From Phaeosaccion multiseriatum (lineage: Eukaryota > Protista > Ochrophyta, other classes): a DNA stretch of 64,000 nt. The position numbers were made by a program, and so were the translations under genes. The notes beneath the pieces were generated by a model. That model ran no database searches, had not been told where the DNA came from, and saw nothing but the letters and a program-made list of their open reading frames with translations. The first letter of the stretch is position 1; each line of letters begins with the position of its first letter. The stretch is taken from NCBI GenBank assembly GCA_965112735.1, contig OZ218956.1, positions 372,001 to 436,000 of the forward strand, in the 5' to 3' direction. Positions 12,417 through 25,681 of the stretch are shown here, in pieces.

Positions 12417-14111
12417 ATGGCGGATCAACCCTCATGGATGAGTGGGGCGGCGGCCCCGGGAGCGTCAGGGGCTGCTGCGGGAGGGCTGCCAACACAAGCT
12501 CCGTCTAGAGCAGCAACGGCGACGGAGGCGTCGGGGTGAGTTCCTTCGCTCCTCTGAAGAGGAAAAGGAGGACGCAAAGGGCGGAGGGCGGGAGGGAGGA
12601 GGCGTGAAAAGAAAAAAGGCGTGGGCTTTGATGATGTAGGAGCGCGCGTTGTACGAGCTGTGTACGCGGACTGCTGCAGCGCGCAGCGTTCTTGCTCTCG
12701 GAATGAGTTGTACTGTTCTTCGGGGGGTTGGACCCAAGCCAAGCGGTGCCGGACCCAACGAATCGACGGCAACTCTGCAGCATCTCTCTCTGTACGCAGG
12801 CTTGCCGCACCTTAAACAACTTATTGCCCAGAAGCCTCCGCCTCTTACAAACAAGCCTCCTTCCCGCTGCCTGCCTTGCCCCTCCCTGCCCACCGCCCCA
12901 GCGCGACCAAGGGAATCAGAGGCGTGTTCCACGTGGTCAACGCGGGTCTGGCGGTGTTCATGGCGTGCTCGGCGGTGTACGGCCTCCTGGAGATCAGCGA
13001 CGGAGTGCTGGTGCGTGCGTGTCTGGCTGCGTGCCAGAGAGCAGAGCAAGCAAGACAATTTTCTGCATGCTCTAACCTCCTTCCTTCCCTTCTCTCTCCC
13101 TCCCCGCAGGCTGACTTCTTCCTGTCCATATACCTGCTGATGTTCGCCGCCATTCTCTTCATATACGAAACGTCCACCGTGTGCGCATGGTTCACAAGCC
13201 TGGAGAAGAGCCTAAGGTAGCGTTACTTCCAGGCTATCACGCCTCTGGCTCTCGCCGCCCCTCTGCCTCTCTGCCTCTGTTCTCCTCACTCCGCCTCACC
13301 CCCCCCCCCCCCCAACCCATCTCTCTCTCTCTCTTTGGCAGGCGAAACTTCGGATACTTTTACGGCACCAAGGGTAGAGGCCTCTACCTTGTATTGTGAG
13401 TGTTAGTGCGGATTGCGGAGTGCTTCAGTCCTTGAGCTTCTTGTGCTGGGAATGCAGCAGGAATGCAGCAGGCGGGCGGGCTGGGCGGGATGGCCAGAGC
13501 AGTCGGATAAAGACAGGAGAGAGAGAAGGGGGCGGAGAGAAAGACAGACACACAGAGAGGGAGACAATGAAAAGAGAAAGAGGGATGGAGTGCTCTCTAT
13601 CGGGGGAGTATGGCAGTGGATGGCAGTAGAAGGATGGGAGGGAGAAGGAGGGGAGAGGCGTCCGTCGGGCCGTCCTCGCACCGGAGGGGGTGATGGATGG
13701 CAGTGGGGTTTCCGGCCTGGCGTATGTGGCTTGATTGCCCTACCCTGTACAACCAACCACCCTGTGTCGAGCTCACTCTGACATGCTCTGCTCTTACTAC
13801 GCTGAATGGTGTGCTTGTGCTCTGCTCTCTCGCGGACTCGACTCGGCAACCCTTTCTTTCGTTCGTGGCATTTCTCTCTCTCTCTCTCCCTCTCTCTCTC
13901 TCCCTCCCTCTCTCTCTCTCCCTCTCTCTCTCTCTCTCTCCCTCTCTCTCTCTACCCAAACGTAACACACAGCGTGGGGTTTCTGAATTTCGGTCTCGAT
14001 AGCACCTTTTCGACGTGGTGCGGAATCAGCACAATAGTGTGGGGTGTCCTTACTGTAGGGCTGTTCCTGGCCCGACCAGAGACCTTCGAGGACGCCAAGC
14101 CAAGTACATGA
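12417..14111 (+). CDS. COPI-associated / TVP15-like small Golgi membrane protein, 5 exons
   Basis: Exons MADQPSW..; VFHVVNAGLAVFMACSAVYGL; FFLSIYLLMFAAILFIYE; RNFGYFYGTKGRGLYLVF; VGFLNFG..GISTIVWGVLTVGLFL. The NFG-F-(Y/F)-GRG-(Y/F) pattern with four TM helices is typical of the family. Confidence 0.85.
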
Positions 14112-15039
14112 GAGACTGGAAACCTTTGAAACCCTTGAAACCGTCCCTAGGAGTGGAGGGGAGGGTTGGAGTATGGTCGGAGAAGATCGACGGTGGGTGA
14201 CGAACCGAATGAGGGACCAGGCAGCAGCAGCAGCAGCGGCAGCAGCAGCAGCAGCAGCAGATGAGGGGAGGGAGGGGGGGGGCGTGTCTATCTCAGGGCA
14301 CGAATGGTCTTCTTCAGGACGGGCATGCCTGGGGAAGCTTTACTTTTGTCTACGAGTGGGTGAGCGAGTGAGTGAGCGGGCGGAAGGGGCACGGCCTGAG
14401 GAGTATTGGTTGTGCGTTGGTTTGCGTGTTTTGTGCTCCCCTCAAAGCGTCAGGCCCAGTTTCAGTTTCAGTGTCTGCGTGCACTTGTCCTTCGAAGCAA
14501 GCGCCGCAGCGCAGCAGTGTCGGTGGCTGTCCGTAACTGTCCGTGAGTGCCAACAGCAGCGTAACAGCAGCGTACCAGCAGCGTCTATATAAGGACAGGA
14601 GGGGGCTGGAGATGATGATGATGATGGAGTGATTGCGGAGTGCGCTGCTGGGACCAAGGGTGAAGGTGCGCAGTGTACAGTTTTGATGGGGGCAGGTGGG
14701 GAGGGGAGGAGGGGGGGGGGGGGGGGGCGCAATTTTTGGGCTCCAGTGCCGATCGGAGATGGTCATGTTGTCGTGGGAGTCACTGAAAGGGGGCCAGCCA
14801 GGCCCGTTGCATCAGCAGGCCATCCACGGGCATGTGGGCAGCAGAGGGACTCCATCCTATGCCAGCAGGCGACACCGATACCATCGATCCATCCATCCAT
14901 GCCGTTACATATCGTTACAGTTACAGAAATAACCATGTACTACTGTATTCCTTTGCTTTGGTTTGCCGCCATATTGAGATACAAACAATAACAAGGGAGG
15001 GAAAGGTCGAGAGGGAGGCCCTCCCTTCTCCTCCCCTCC

Positions 15040-15090
15040 GACTGGCGATAGACTGGCGATAGACTGGCGATAGACTGGCGATAGACTGGC
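15040..15090. repeat. 11-bp tandem repeat (GACTGGCGATA) x~4.5
   Basis: Directly visible in the convergent 3' intergenic region. Confidence 0.9.
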
Positions 15091-15224
15091 ACTGCGCTGC
15101 GGCGGGCTGCACATCACACCACCACACACTCCTTCTTCCTTTCCACACTGTCTGTCTGCACCCATCCATCCTTCTTTTTCGATCCCTCCACTCACCCCCA
15201 CTTGTTCAACTCCTGTTGAGCTAC

Positions 15225-18200
15225 TCATTCATTCGAGTTGCCACTCGCCTCTGGGACCGGCGGAAGTGTTTCTGGGGGAGACTCCACCGCTCCTCCTCCA
15301 CCTGGCGCCGCCGTATCACCAACTGCTGATGCTGCCACCCCTCCCCCCCCTCCCCCCCTGGTGTCATGGTAAGCAGCACTGCCCGACTCGAATTTGGCGA
15401 CCCTCGCTACGACAGTGCGATTAATCGCAGGCGAAATATCCCCAAAGAAATTCCCTTCCGCCCCTCCTGCCCCTGCCTCCTCCTCCACCTCCACCACCTC
15501 CTCCTCCTTCGGCGCTGTAGCTGTTGTCGCCCCCACCGGAGGCTTGCTGCTGCTGCTGTTGCCGTTGGCCCCTCCCACCCCCCACATGCCTGACATTTTG
15601 CCCGCTATCCCCGAAACCTTCCTCCCTATGCCCAGGGCCTTCCCCTTGTTGCCTCCGGCGCTGTTCCGCTTGCCCCCCGCCCCTGCCGCCGCCACCGCTG
15701 CCGCCTCCACCGCCGCCACCGACGCCGCCATCGGAGACGAAGCAGGAGCCGGAGCCGGAGGAGCCGAAACAGCCTCTTGCTTCTCCTCCACTGCCCTCTC
15801 TCTCTGGAGCGAGACCGGGACCGCCTGGGCAGGTGCAGCTACCTGCACCTCAGGGACCCTTCCACTGCCATCCGAATCCGGTACCGCCGGGGCAGATGCA
15901 GACACAGCCTGGTCGGCTTGAACATCCTGGGCAGGGGCGGCGGGCGAAGGCTCAGTAGTCTCTGGCGCCATATCCTCGCCACGCTCCACTGCATTCACCC
16001 CATCTACCACACCCCTCTCCACGAGCAACTGCGCGGCCTCTGCCTCCGCCCTGAGCTGTCTCTGGCGCTGAGCGTAGTGCTGCCTCAACAGCTCAGCCGC
16101 GGAGTCCCTCGCCTTGTAGCTGGTCTCCCAGATGAAGGTTTTGATGGCCCGTGCAAAGAGATTGCGCTCCTCCACGGTTTTGAACTCGAGGTCGAGGGTG
16201 CGGCCCCGTGTGACGACGGAACAGCAGTGCTGCTCCTTCTTCTTCTTGCCCGTGCGCCGGAAGACGAGCGTGTGTTTGCCGGCCAGCACGTCCGCCACCT
16301 TACGTAGTGTGTGTGTGTGTATGTGTGTGTGTGCGTGTGTGTGTGTGTGTGTGTGTATGTGTGTGTGCGTATGTGTGCGCACGTAAGTGGGTAAGTCAGT
16401 AAGCCATTCGGCAAGCCAGCTGGCAGCTGGACAAGGGCGCCACACTCTTCCTGCCCACTGCACGCTTTCCTGTCCTTCCCTGTGCTCCACCCTCCCTACT
16501 TTACTCCGCTCTGTACCACCAACTGCTCTGCTTACCTGCGAGAGCTCGAGTCCGTGGTATCTGCCCCACGCTCCTCTCCAGTGGAGCTGCAGCAGGCGCA
16601 GATTAGGGTCCAGCTTCAGCAGCGGTGCCTCCTGCAGTAAGTCAATCGATGACAACATGACACGGCAGTGGATGTGAGTGAGTGAGTGAGTGACTAATTG
16701 ATTGATTGATTGATTGAATTGACGGAGGGAGTGAGTGAGTGAGTGAGGGATTGATTGATTGATTGACGGAGGGAGTGAGTGAGTGAGTGAGGGATTGATT
16801 GAGTGAGTTATTGAGTGATTGATTGATTGATTGACTGAGGAGTGAGTGAGTGATGATCTTGCAGCTACTCCGAACCCGAGGGCATCGATCCACGCCCCGC
16901 CCCTCACATCCGGTGATGACCATCATGCACAAAGGTGATGAACATCATGCACAAAGGTGATGACCATCATGCACAAAGGTGATGACCATCATGCACAAAG
17001 GTGATGACCATCATGCACAAAGGTGATGACCATCATGCACAAAGGTGATGACCATCATGCACAAAGGTGATGACCATCATGCACAAAGGTGATGACCATC
17101 ATGCACAAAGGTGATGACCATCATGCACAAAGGTGATGACCATCATGCACAAAGGTGATGACCATCATGCACAAAGGTGATGACCATCATGCACAAAGGT
17201 GATGACCATCATGCACAAAGGTGATGACCATCATGCACAAAGCCAGAGCAGGAGTGCACTTTCAAAGAGACCCCCTCCTTCCCCCCCCCAATCTTTCAAA
17301 CAATCCTCACTTCTCCTCCCCTCCCCTCCCCTCCTCTCCCCTCCATTCCCCTCCTCTGTCCCCTCCCCTCCCTCCCTTCCTCTCTCTCTCTCTCTCTCTC
17401 TCCGTACCTTCCAGGTATCAACCCCTCCGCTCGTGGTTTGATTCATAACCTTTAGCATCATGAGGGTTCGCCGAGGCCTGCCCTTGCGAGGGTGCTTTAG
17501 CACTTTGAAGCCGCGGTTGAACAGCGCAGTGAAAACCTGAGGGGGGGAGAGGAGCGGAGAGTGAGGGTTTGGCGAGAGAGGGGGGGGAGAAAGACAGAGA
17601 CGGAAAACACACACAGAGAGAGACGGGGAGAGACAGACAGGGAGGGAAGAGGTACGGAGAGAAACACACAGACACAGACACACATAAAAAGAGAGAGAGA
17701 CACTGGGCTGCGATTCGGCACGCCCGCACACACGCTCAAACGCACACATTGAGAGCACGTACCTCCTCTCTCTCTATGAGAAGCTCCCCGACCATCTCGC
17801 TGCGCTTCTGCCTGTCTCTCTCTTCCATCGTGGCTTGCGACTTGGCCCCAACACCGCCGGAGCCCCCTCCCCCCCCTCCTCCGGCCACTCTCGAGCCTTG
17901 ACCGAGTGGGATAGAGGCTCCTCCTCCTCCTCCTCCTCCACCTCCACCTCCTCCTCCTCCTCCTCCCCCTCCTCCTCCTCCTCCTCCTGAGAGATTGCCT
18001 GGAGAGGATTGGAAGCCTCCCACCACGAGGTCGTCCGGCGATTGGTGCACCAGAGCGCGGAGGGTGGAGGCCCTGCGCATGTGCACCTGTTGGTGGGGAT
18101 GGCAGTGGATGGGTTAAGGGGTGTGGCGGTGGATGGGTGGGGTTACTTGGCAGGGGGGGGGTGGTGAGGGCAGAGAAGAGAGTAGAGAGGGGAGCGAGGG

Positions 18201-19188
18201 GAGAGGTGGCTTGCTGAGGGGTGACATACTCGCGGAGGGGAGGGAGGCTAGACAAAGAGCGCAAGGCATTCGGGCCGTTAAGCCGCCACGCCACGCCACG
18301 CCAACGATCCACCACTCCCTCCCTCCCCTCCTCCATCCATCCCTCCATCCCTACCCCTGCTCTCTGCCCCCCCCTCCCTGCCTCCCTCACCTCCTCTGGT
18401 ATGAGCATGTCCGCGTCTGTTCGGCTATAGCTGCTGAAGGTGGACATTCGGCCGTCGTCCTCGTCCGCTTCAGCGTCGTCGTCGTAACCTTCCAGACCAC
18501 CAATGCCTTCAGAGGAAGAAGGAAGGGAAGGAAGGGAAGATGGGGAGGGAAGGAAGGAAGGAAGGAAGGAAGAAAAGAGAAGGAGGGAGAACGTGAGTGG
18601 GCGAGCGACCGACTCAATGCTTTCTGAAACGCCTCCTCCCCTCCTTACTCACTCCTCCTGTCCTCGTTACCCACTCCTCCTGCCCTCCTTACTCACCTGC
18701 GTCGATGGGCCCCATATCGGCGAGGGTCATGAAGCTCTTCCTCCTTCCCTTGCTCGACTTGGTGAGCGGCTTTCCCCACGTCCCCAGTCTAGTGCCCGCC
18801 TTGTGCCCCCGTTTCTCCCCGCCATCACCGCCCTCGCTACCGCCGCTGACGGCGCTGTCCTCGCTGCTCCGTATAGGGCTGCTCGCTTGCTGTGGCGGCG
18901 GCGACTGCGATTGCATGCTGTTCTTGCTGCTCTTGTTGCCCCCGATGGCGCGAGCGGCCAGCTCAGAGGCGGCGCTGCGGGTGGAGGCAGTTGCCGTGCT
19001 GCTGCTTCGTCTGCTGCTACTGCTGCCGCTGCCGCCGCTGGTATACCGCTCGAAGAGTCTCTGGCTACTGTCGTTGACTCCCTTCTGGCTCGGGCTATCT
19101 CTACTCTCTCCGCTGCCCTGCCTTCCTCTACTGCTGGGTGTTCTTTGGCGGTCTGCCTTCTTTACAACTGGGGCAGTAGCAGGAGTAG

Positions 19189-19227
<39 letters not shown>

Positions 19228-20365
19228 CAGGAACAGGAGCAGCAGCAGCAGTCGTAAGGGCAGTAGCACTCTCACGGGCAGCGGCGGGCCCTGCCTCGTC
19301 CTTCCCCTTCCCCTTCGCCTTCGCCTTCCCCTTCCCCTTCGCCGTTTCCTTAGCCACCACAGGAGTTGCCACTGCTCCACCCCCGTCGCCACTGTGAGCA
19401 CCGCTGCTGCTCCGGCGGCTGCTCGTCCCTCCCTCTGCCCCCCCCCCCCCGCCTCGACCCCGCCCCCTCCAGCAGAGGAGGCGACGCTGCCCGCCCTTCC
19501 CAGCCGGGCCCCTGCCGCAGACGCTGCCGCCATGGCCGAGGCAGTGATGGCGGACTTGCTAAGACTGCCCCATGATAACCTCTTCTTGTGGCCTCCTGGG
19601 GTACGTGTGGAGGAGGAGGAGCTCCTACTGTCTCTGTTGCCGCTGCCATCCCCGCCAGCCCCTCCCAGCAGGGCAAGCTCCCTCTCCAGACTCTGCCGTA
19701 CTCGCTCCTCCTTGTCATTCTCCTCTTCCTCCTCCAGTTTCCGAGTCTGCATGGTGAGGGCCGCTTTCGTCACCAGAAAGGCGTAGGCCTTGGCACGCAC
19801 CACCTTCCGCACCGCCTCCCGCTCGGTGAGGTGCACCCCTGCCAGGGTTCGAAAGACGCTCACTCCGGTGTTGCTACGCTCTCTAGTTCCCATCGACTCC
19901 GCGCCTGAATTGGTTCGTAACACGCCCCCTCCCAAGACGCCAGGGCCACCGCCGCCCCTGCCGCTCCCCGTCACTGACTCCGCTGAGAAGGAACGCAACA
20001 CACCGCCGCTCCCCCCAGTGTAGCTAGTCCCGCCCCTGTACGTTAACGTCGACTCCCCAGAGAGGGAGCGAAACAGACCTCCGCTGCCGCCTCCTCCTCC
20101 ACCGCCCCTGCCGGAGTCTCTGCTCGTCAAGGAGCCGGACCCCCCCCCATCTGCAGCGGTGGACACGGCCGATCGCGGGGGCAGGTTGGACGAAGAAGCA
20201 GAAGGGAAAGCAGTGGTCGGCCCGGTGGCCAAGGGAGCGATGCCTCCTGAGCCGCCGTCCCTCCACCTCCCCACCCTCTCCGACGACGCGTAGGCAGGGA
20301 GGGTACGGAGTATCCTGGCCACGGCGGTGGGACTCACAGCCGCCGCCTTGTTGCTCTTGTTGCTC

Positions 20366-20406
<41 letters not shown>

Positions 20407-23023
20407 GCTGTAGGACCCTTCTTCGCTGGTGGTGCTGCTACTGGACCCGCTGCCCCTGCCATCATCTGCCATCTTTTGCGGGGCGGCGGAAATCATACTC
20501 ATCACCGTATCCCCACTCGGCGACGACTGAGGCAACATGTCTCCCCCCATTAACCCCGACCCTGATCGCGACGACCGACCGTCCCCCCACCCCCTGCCTT
20601 CTCCTCCATCCCCGCCTCGGTACCCACGGCCGTCCTCCCCCTCGTCGTCCTGCCCGCCCTCCCCCAACACCCGGAGCACAGAGAGCTTGGACATCATTTT
20701 GAGAGCCTCTGCCTCGGCTGTGGCCGCCGACAATGCACTCGCCATTCTCATCTCTTCGTAGTCGTCTCTCTCAATGGCCTCAAGCAGGTGCTTGGCCCCG
20801 CAGGGACACTCGTCCTCCGCGATCCTTCCGTAGAGGTCCCAGGGGGACCAACGCCAATCCATTGACACCGCTGCTGTCGGTCCAGCCTGCTCCTCCTGTG
20901 AGTCCGTGCCCCGACGGGCGGCCTCTTCCTCTCTCTCATTGCTCATGGATGCCTCTCTCTCGGCCACCTTGCTCATCTCTACTTCCTTCAGACTGGTGAG
21001 GTGCACGTGCCAGCGGTTCTCAAACTCCACACCTCGCACACACAGACTGCACACAGGAAGTCGGTCCGCAGCCCGTCCTCTTCCCCCTGCTGCTGCGGAT
21101 GCTGCTGCTGCTGCTGCATCACCAACTGCTGCTTCTGCTGCTCCTTCTGCTGCTTGCGCTCCTCCTTCTCCTCCTCCTACTGATGCTTCTCCTCCTTCTC
21201 CTCCTCCTTCTCCTCCACCAGCACCAGCACCAGCACCAGCACCACCTTTATTCGGTGGTGTCCAAGCCGCAGCAGCCGCTTCAAGAGCAGCCGCCGAAGC
21301 CGCAGCAGCCACCGCAGCAGACGCAGCCTTCGGCGCCCCCCTTGTCCGGGCGCAGAGCACCGCGCTATAGACCGCCACACAGCCCGTGCAGCAGAGCGCT
21401 TCGCATCTCGCACACTCCAACAACTCCACCTTGTCTCGGAACAAAGTCCCCGGGTTCTCCTGCCTGCCACAGGCCGTGCACAGCGACCCCATCTTCGGTG
21501 CCTCCTGCTCCACTCCGATCAAAGCGTTTGGTGAGTCCACCGCTGCTCCGATGCCCCCCGCGGCTAGCCTGGTCTCGTCGCCGTGATCGTTCCACCGCCC
21601 CCCCCCTGCTGCCACAGTGGTGGCTATATCGACGGCCGCCCCCAGCTGGGCCGGGGAGGGCCTTGAGGAGTCCTCCGACTCGGAGTCCTGCTCGTCCTGC
21701 TGCTGCTGCTGCTGCTGCTGTTGCTGCTGCTGTATCACCAACTGCTGCTCCTGCTCCTGGTCCTGGTCCTGGTCCGACTTGTTGTCCTGCCCTAGCTCCT
21801 GTTCCCTCATTCGGCCTCCAGAGCCTGCTGATGAGTCGACACACACGTCACTGTCCGACTCATATTCCTGCTGCTGCGGCTGCTGCTGTTGTTGCTGCTC
21901 CTCCTTCTCCTTGTCCTTGGTCAAGCTGTGAAGATTTTTGATGCTCGACGACAGATTCAGACTCGCCGAGAACTTACTGAGGAAACTCGCCTCCTGCTGA
22001 GGCTGCTTCTCTGGCGATCCGGCGGGCGCCCCCCCCTCGGACAAGCTCAACTCATTCTGTAACCGACTCCTGAAGGGCGAGCCCCCTGTGGTGGATCCGC
22101 CGCCCCCTGACACAACGCTGCCCGCCCTGCTGTCCGCTCCCGACGGACTTCCCGCCCGGCTGCGATTGTTGAGTTTGTTGGAGGGAAGTAGAGTGGTGCG
22201 AGGTGGCGTGGACTTGGAAGGCGTGCTCTTGGTACTGCTGGTGCCGGCGGCGGGGCGGGGGCGCTTGGGAGTGAGTGGGCCACTTCGGCTCGCTGCGGTA
22301 AGAAAGAGAGCGAAAAAGCAAAAGGAAGGACAAGGGCAAGGGTAAGGGCAGCAGCAAAAGGCGCGCGAGGAGGAAGAACAAAGGAGCATAGAGAGAGAGA
22401 CGGATAGGTTAGAGGCGGGTGAGTAAGACTGCACGTCGGGGCGACCCCGGGTTAAACAGGCCCTGTCAGTAGGGGTAGGGCATCATCGAAACTAGCCGGC
22501 AGATCCATTCAGCTGTTGCCCCACCCGAGGACAACCACCTACACCCTCCAACCCGTCCGTACCTTTGCCCCTCTCGAGCTTGCCGTTCTTGGGGGAGGAC
22601 GACTCCATCATGCTGTCAATGGCCTCCAGGAAGCGCGTGGGCAGGTTAATGAGAAAGTTAAAGTCGTTGGACGCAGGAGGGGCACTCGCACTCTTTTTGA
22701 TCTCCGCCCTCGCCGCTGTTGCTTCCCCTGCTGTTGCGGCCCCTGCGGCCCCTACCCCTGCCCCTCCCTCCTCCGCCGCTCCTGCCCTGCTGCTTCCTGC
22801 CCTGCTACTGCTGCGACTGCTGGGGCGGCTGCTGGGGCGGCTACCGCGGCTGCTGCCTCTGCTGCTCGTGGTGGGGGAGTCCAAGGGGCCCCATCGACGC
22901 GGCTGCGGCGGGCGCTGTTGCTCCTGCTCCAGGGAAGGGGCGGGAGTGGCCTGACCATCATCGGGTGCAGGGCCGCTGCCGCTACTGCTTGCAGTGGTGG
23001 GGGACTCAGCTTGATCCAATCGC

Positions 23024-23062
<39 letters not shown>

Positions 23063-23985
23063 TGTTGCTGCTCCAGGGGCCAAGGATTGGGGTCTTTCTG
23101 GCGAATCATCGCAGGGGGGCCACTGGTGCTGCCGGCGCTGCTGCTGCCGCTGCCGCTGCTGCTGCCGCCGCCGCTGCTGCTGCTGCTGCTGCTGCTGCCA
23201 GTGGGGGAGTGAGCGTGACTCGGTTGCTGCTGCAGCTCCTGTTGCTGGGAAGACGGGGGAGTGCTCTGACGAATCACCGCAGGGCCGCTCCCGGACCGCC
23301 TCTCAACTCCTTCCGACCATTGGCCGCCATCGAGCCGCTGCTCGGGGACGCAGATGGGGCTTGACGAGCGGATCCTCACGCCCATCTCGCCGCTGTCATC
23401 GCCGGGGGGGGCGAGCGGGAATGGGTTGTACGTCGGGTCCTCCGTGGGGTCCATCACCAGCGACGCCAGCACCATCTCCCTCGCCCTCTCTCTCTCTGCT
23501 CGGGCGGCCTCTTCCTCGCCTGCTCCCTCCGGACGCCCCACTGCCAGAAGAGCCTCTATAGCAGCTGCCGCTTCTTCTGCAGCCGCTTCCACCTCCGCGG
23601 CTTCTGCTGCCGCCTCTGCCTCTACTTCTTCTGCCTCTGCCAGTTCTTCTGCTCGCGCACGCAAAGCCAGGGCGGCGGCTGTGGCTGCCATCGAAGCAGC
23701 CTCTGCTTCCTCTCTATCCCATGCCCCATCACTACCGCCCACGCCGCCAGAAGAAGATCTCCTCACAAAGTCCAGCACACCAGACTGGCCCATCTCGCTC
23801 GTGCCGCCACTGAACCCGCTCTCGGTCGTTCCGTCGCTGCTGCCGTCGCTGCTCCCGCTGCTATCAGCTCTGCGATGGCTCCTGGATCTGCCTCGGGGAG
23901 GGGAGCGGGAGGCAGGAGGGGAGAGGGCCGACATCTGACGGGGACCTTCACCCACATTGGCGCGATTGGAGGAGGGCAAGCTCAT
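15225..23985 (-). CDS. Very large (~2,250 aa) low-complexity protein with degenerate FYVE-like Zn finger and C-terminal PLC/Num1-type PH domain
   Basis: Exons ~23985-22563, 22292-18697 (frame switch at poly-C 19438-19450), ~18508-18391, 18086-17763, 17536-17408, 16632-16537, 16298-15225. Zn finger: CTAC..CARCEALCCTGC..VCSLC. PH: GFKVLKHPRKGRPRR..LHW..VADVLAGKHTLVFRR..CCSVVTRGRTLDLEFKTVEERNLF. Confidence 0.8.
16913..17242. repeat. Intronic 22-bp minisatellite, ~15 near-identical copies (GTGATGACCATCATGCACAAAG)
   Basis: Directly visible head-to-tail array; the unit contains a TGATG/CATCA micro-hairpin. Confidence 0.97.
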
Positions 23986-24447
23986 CTGCCCCTTTAGGGT
24001 GGCGGACTACGCGCTCCCAGCAGACGCCCTCATCGTGTGAGCGACTTTGCTGGCGTGTCGTCTATGGTATCAAGCAATCTATTCTTTCCACCATTGGTAA
24101 GCCAAGCCTTATATGGATGGAGGTTGGAGGGTCTTCTTCCGCGTTGCGCGTCGCGCACTCGCGAGAATTATGAGGAAAAATTCCCCCAAATTTCTACTCA
24201 AAAGTCATCTGCTGCCATCGATCGAATGCCGCGATTTCTTTTGTCCTGGTCTCCCTTCTTCACAGGCTTCTTTCTCAATGCTGTGTGCTATTTTGCCGAA
24301 TGCTGCTGATACAGTGCTGCTACTCTAGATGTCCGAGGCGGAAAGCCAAGTTCGCGGAAGACATTGAGAAGGGGAGGGGAGGAGGAAGGGAGGAGAAAAG
24401 GCACAACGGCCAGTCATCAAATCGGAAAAAAGGAAAAAAAACAAAAG

Positions 24448-25638
24448 ATGTTGCGGCCACATGACCACTCGCAGGGAGGGTCCTATTGGGAGCAGCACGT
24501 GCGACAGCGAGGTGTGACGGCGGAGATGATAGGTGCAGATGATCGGCTCACCGACAGAGGCGACTACATCAACTATCTGGAGCTGCAGCTGGAGCGAGTG
24601 AGCGCGGCGTGCCTCTCGGCCAACGGATACGGGGAGCGAGTAGGTGAGTAAGGACGAGCGAGGCACCCGGGTGGTAGGGTGAAGGATCGCCACGCTGGGG
24701 GAGCAATCGGCCCCGGACATGATTAGAGCCATGGTTGTTCATTTTCCAAAGTGCAAACCCCCTCCTCCTCCTGCTTACGCTCGCTCGCTCGCTCGCTCGC
24801 TCTCCCCTCTCTCCTCATCAGATGGGCTGTCGAACCAGACGGCCTGCTTGGAGGACAAGGTACTCAACGTGGCCAAGCTGGTGCGCCTGGCTCAGACGTA
24901 CAGCGAGGAGCAGAACAAGGAGCAGACGCGCACCACTCTTGGGGTCGCTTCCAAGGTAGGATGCAGTGCCGCTGCTTGAGCTCACGCCGAGCTCACGCCG
25001 AGAAAAAGTGATGCAGCACCCCCCGTACATGCGCGCCATAAATTGACTTCTCCATTCCCGCTCTCTCGTGTCCCATCCTGCCCTCCCGTCCGTGTTCAGG
25101 TGGCGTCTCTGGAGGCTCGGCTCAACACGCAGCCTCCTCCTGCGCTCGCCTCCGAAGTTGAGGCCTTCCGAGCCGAATATTCGGAGTTTTCAGCCTCTGT
25201 CCCCGCCTCGGTCCAAGATATTGAAGCCAGGCTGTCCCAGCTGTCCGATCACGTGGATACCGCCTTGGCCGAGAAGCTCGAGAGGCTGAGAGCGTTGGAG
25301 GACCGGGCCTCGGCGGCAGAGGCGGCAGCGGGGGCAGGAGCAGCGCGGCAAGCGGCAGCCGGAGAGGAGCGGATCGCGGCGGTGGGCGAAGCGTGTCGGA
25401 TAGAAATGGAGAGGGTCACGCAGTCGGTAGTGGAGGCACACGAGCTGCGGGCCGCGGCAGACGCTGAGTTAAGAGCTCAGGTTTCCGAATTGAGAGAGTG
25501 GCGAGCAGAGGCGGAGGGGAAGGAGACGCACCGGGAAGGCAGGTCTCGGGAGACAGCGCAGATGGTAGGGGCTCTGGAGGCCCAACACGCTAGCATGCAG
25601 GGGCAGCTGCAGGCCGCCTTGACCAGTCTGGCCGCCGT

Positions 25639-25681
<43 letters not shown>

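Noticed and set aside
19438-19450. Programmed frameshift in the FYVE-like/PH gene
   Set aside because: The frame switch falls on a 13-nt C homopolymer; an assembly indel is more parsimonious. Check raw reads.
18503-19786. Long antisense ORFs (427 aa here; also 8661-9488, 30646-31374, 49665-50711, 61392-62612)
   Set aside because: Shadow frames of GC-rich low-complexity exons or stop-free microsatellites.
20326-20346. AAVSPTAV peptide as another copy of the dispersed 15-mer
   Set aside because: Encoded by different codons (GCTGTGAGTCCCACC), so not the DNA motif.
23993-23999. Telomeric TTTAGGG
   Set aside because: Isolated single heptamer, expected by chance.
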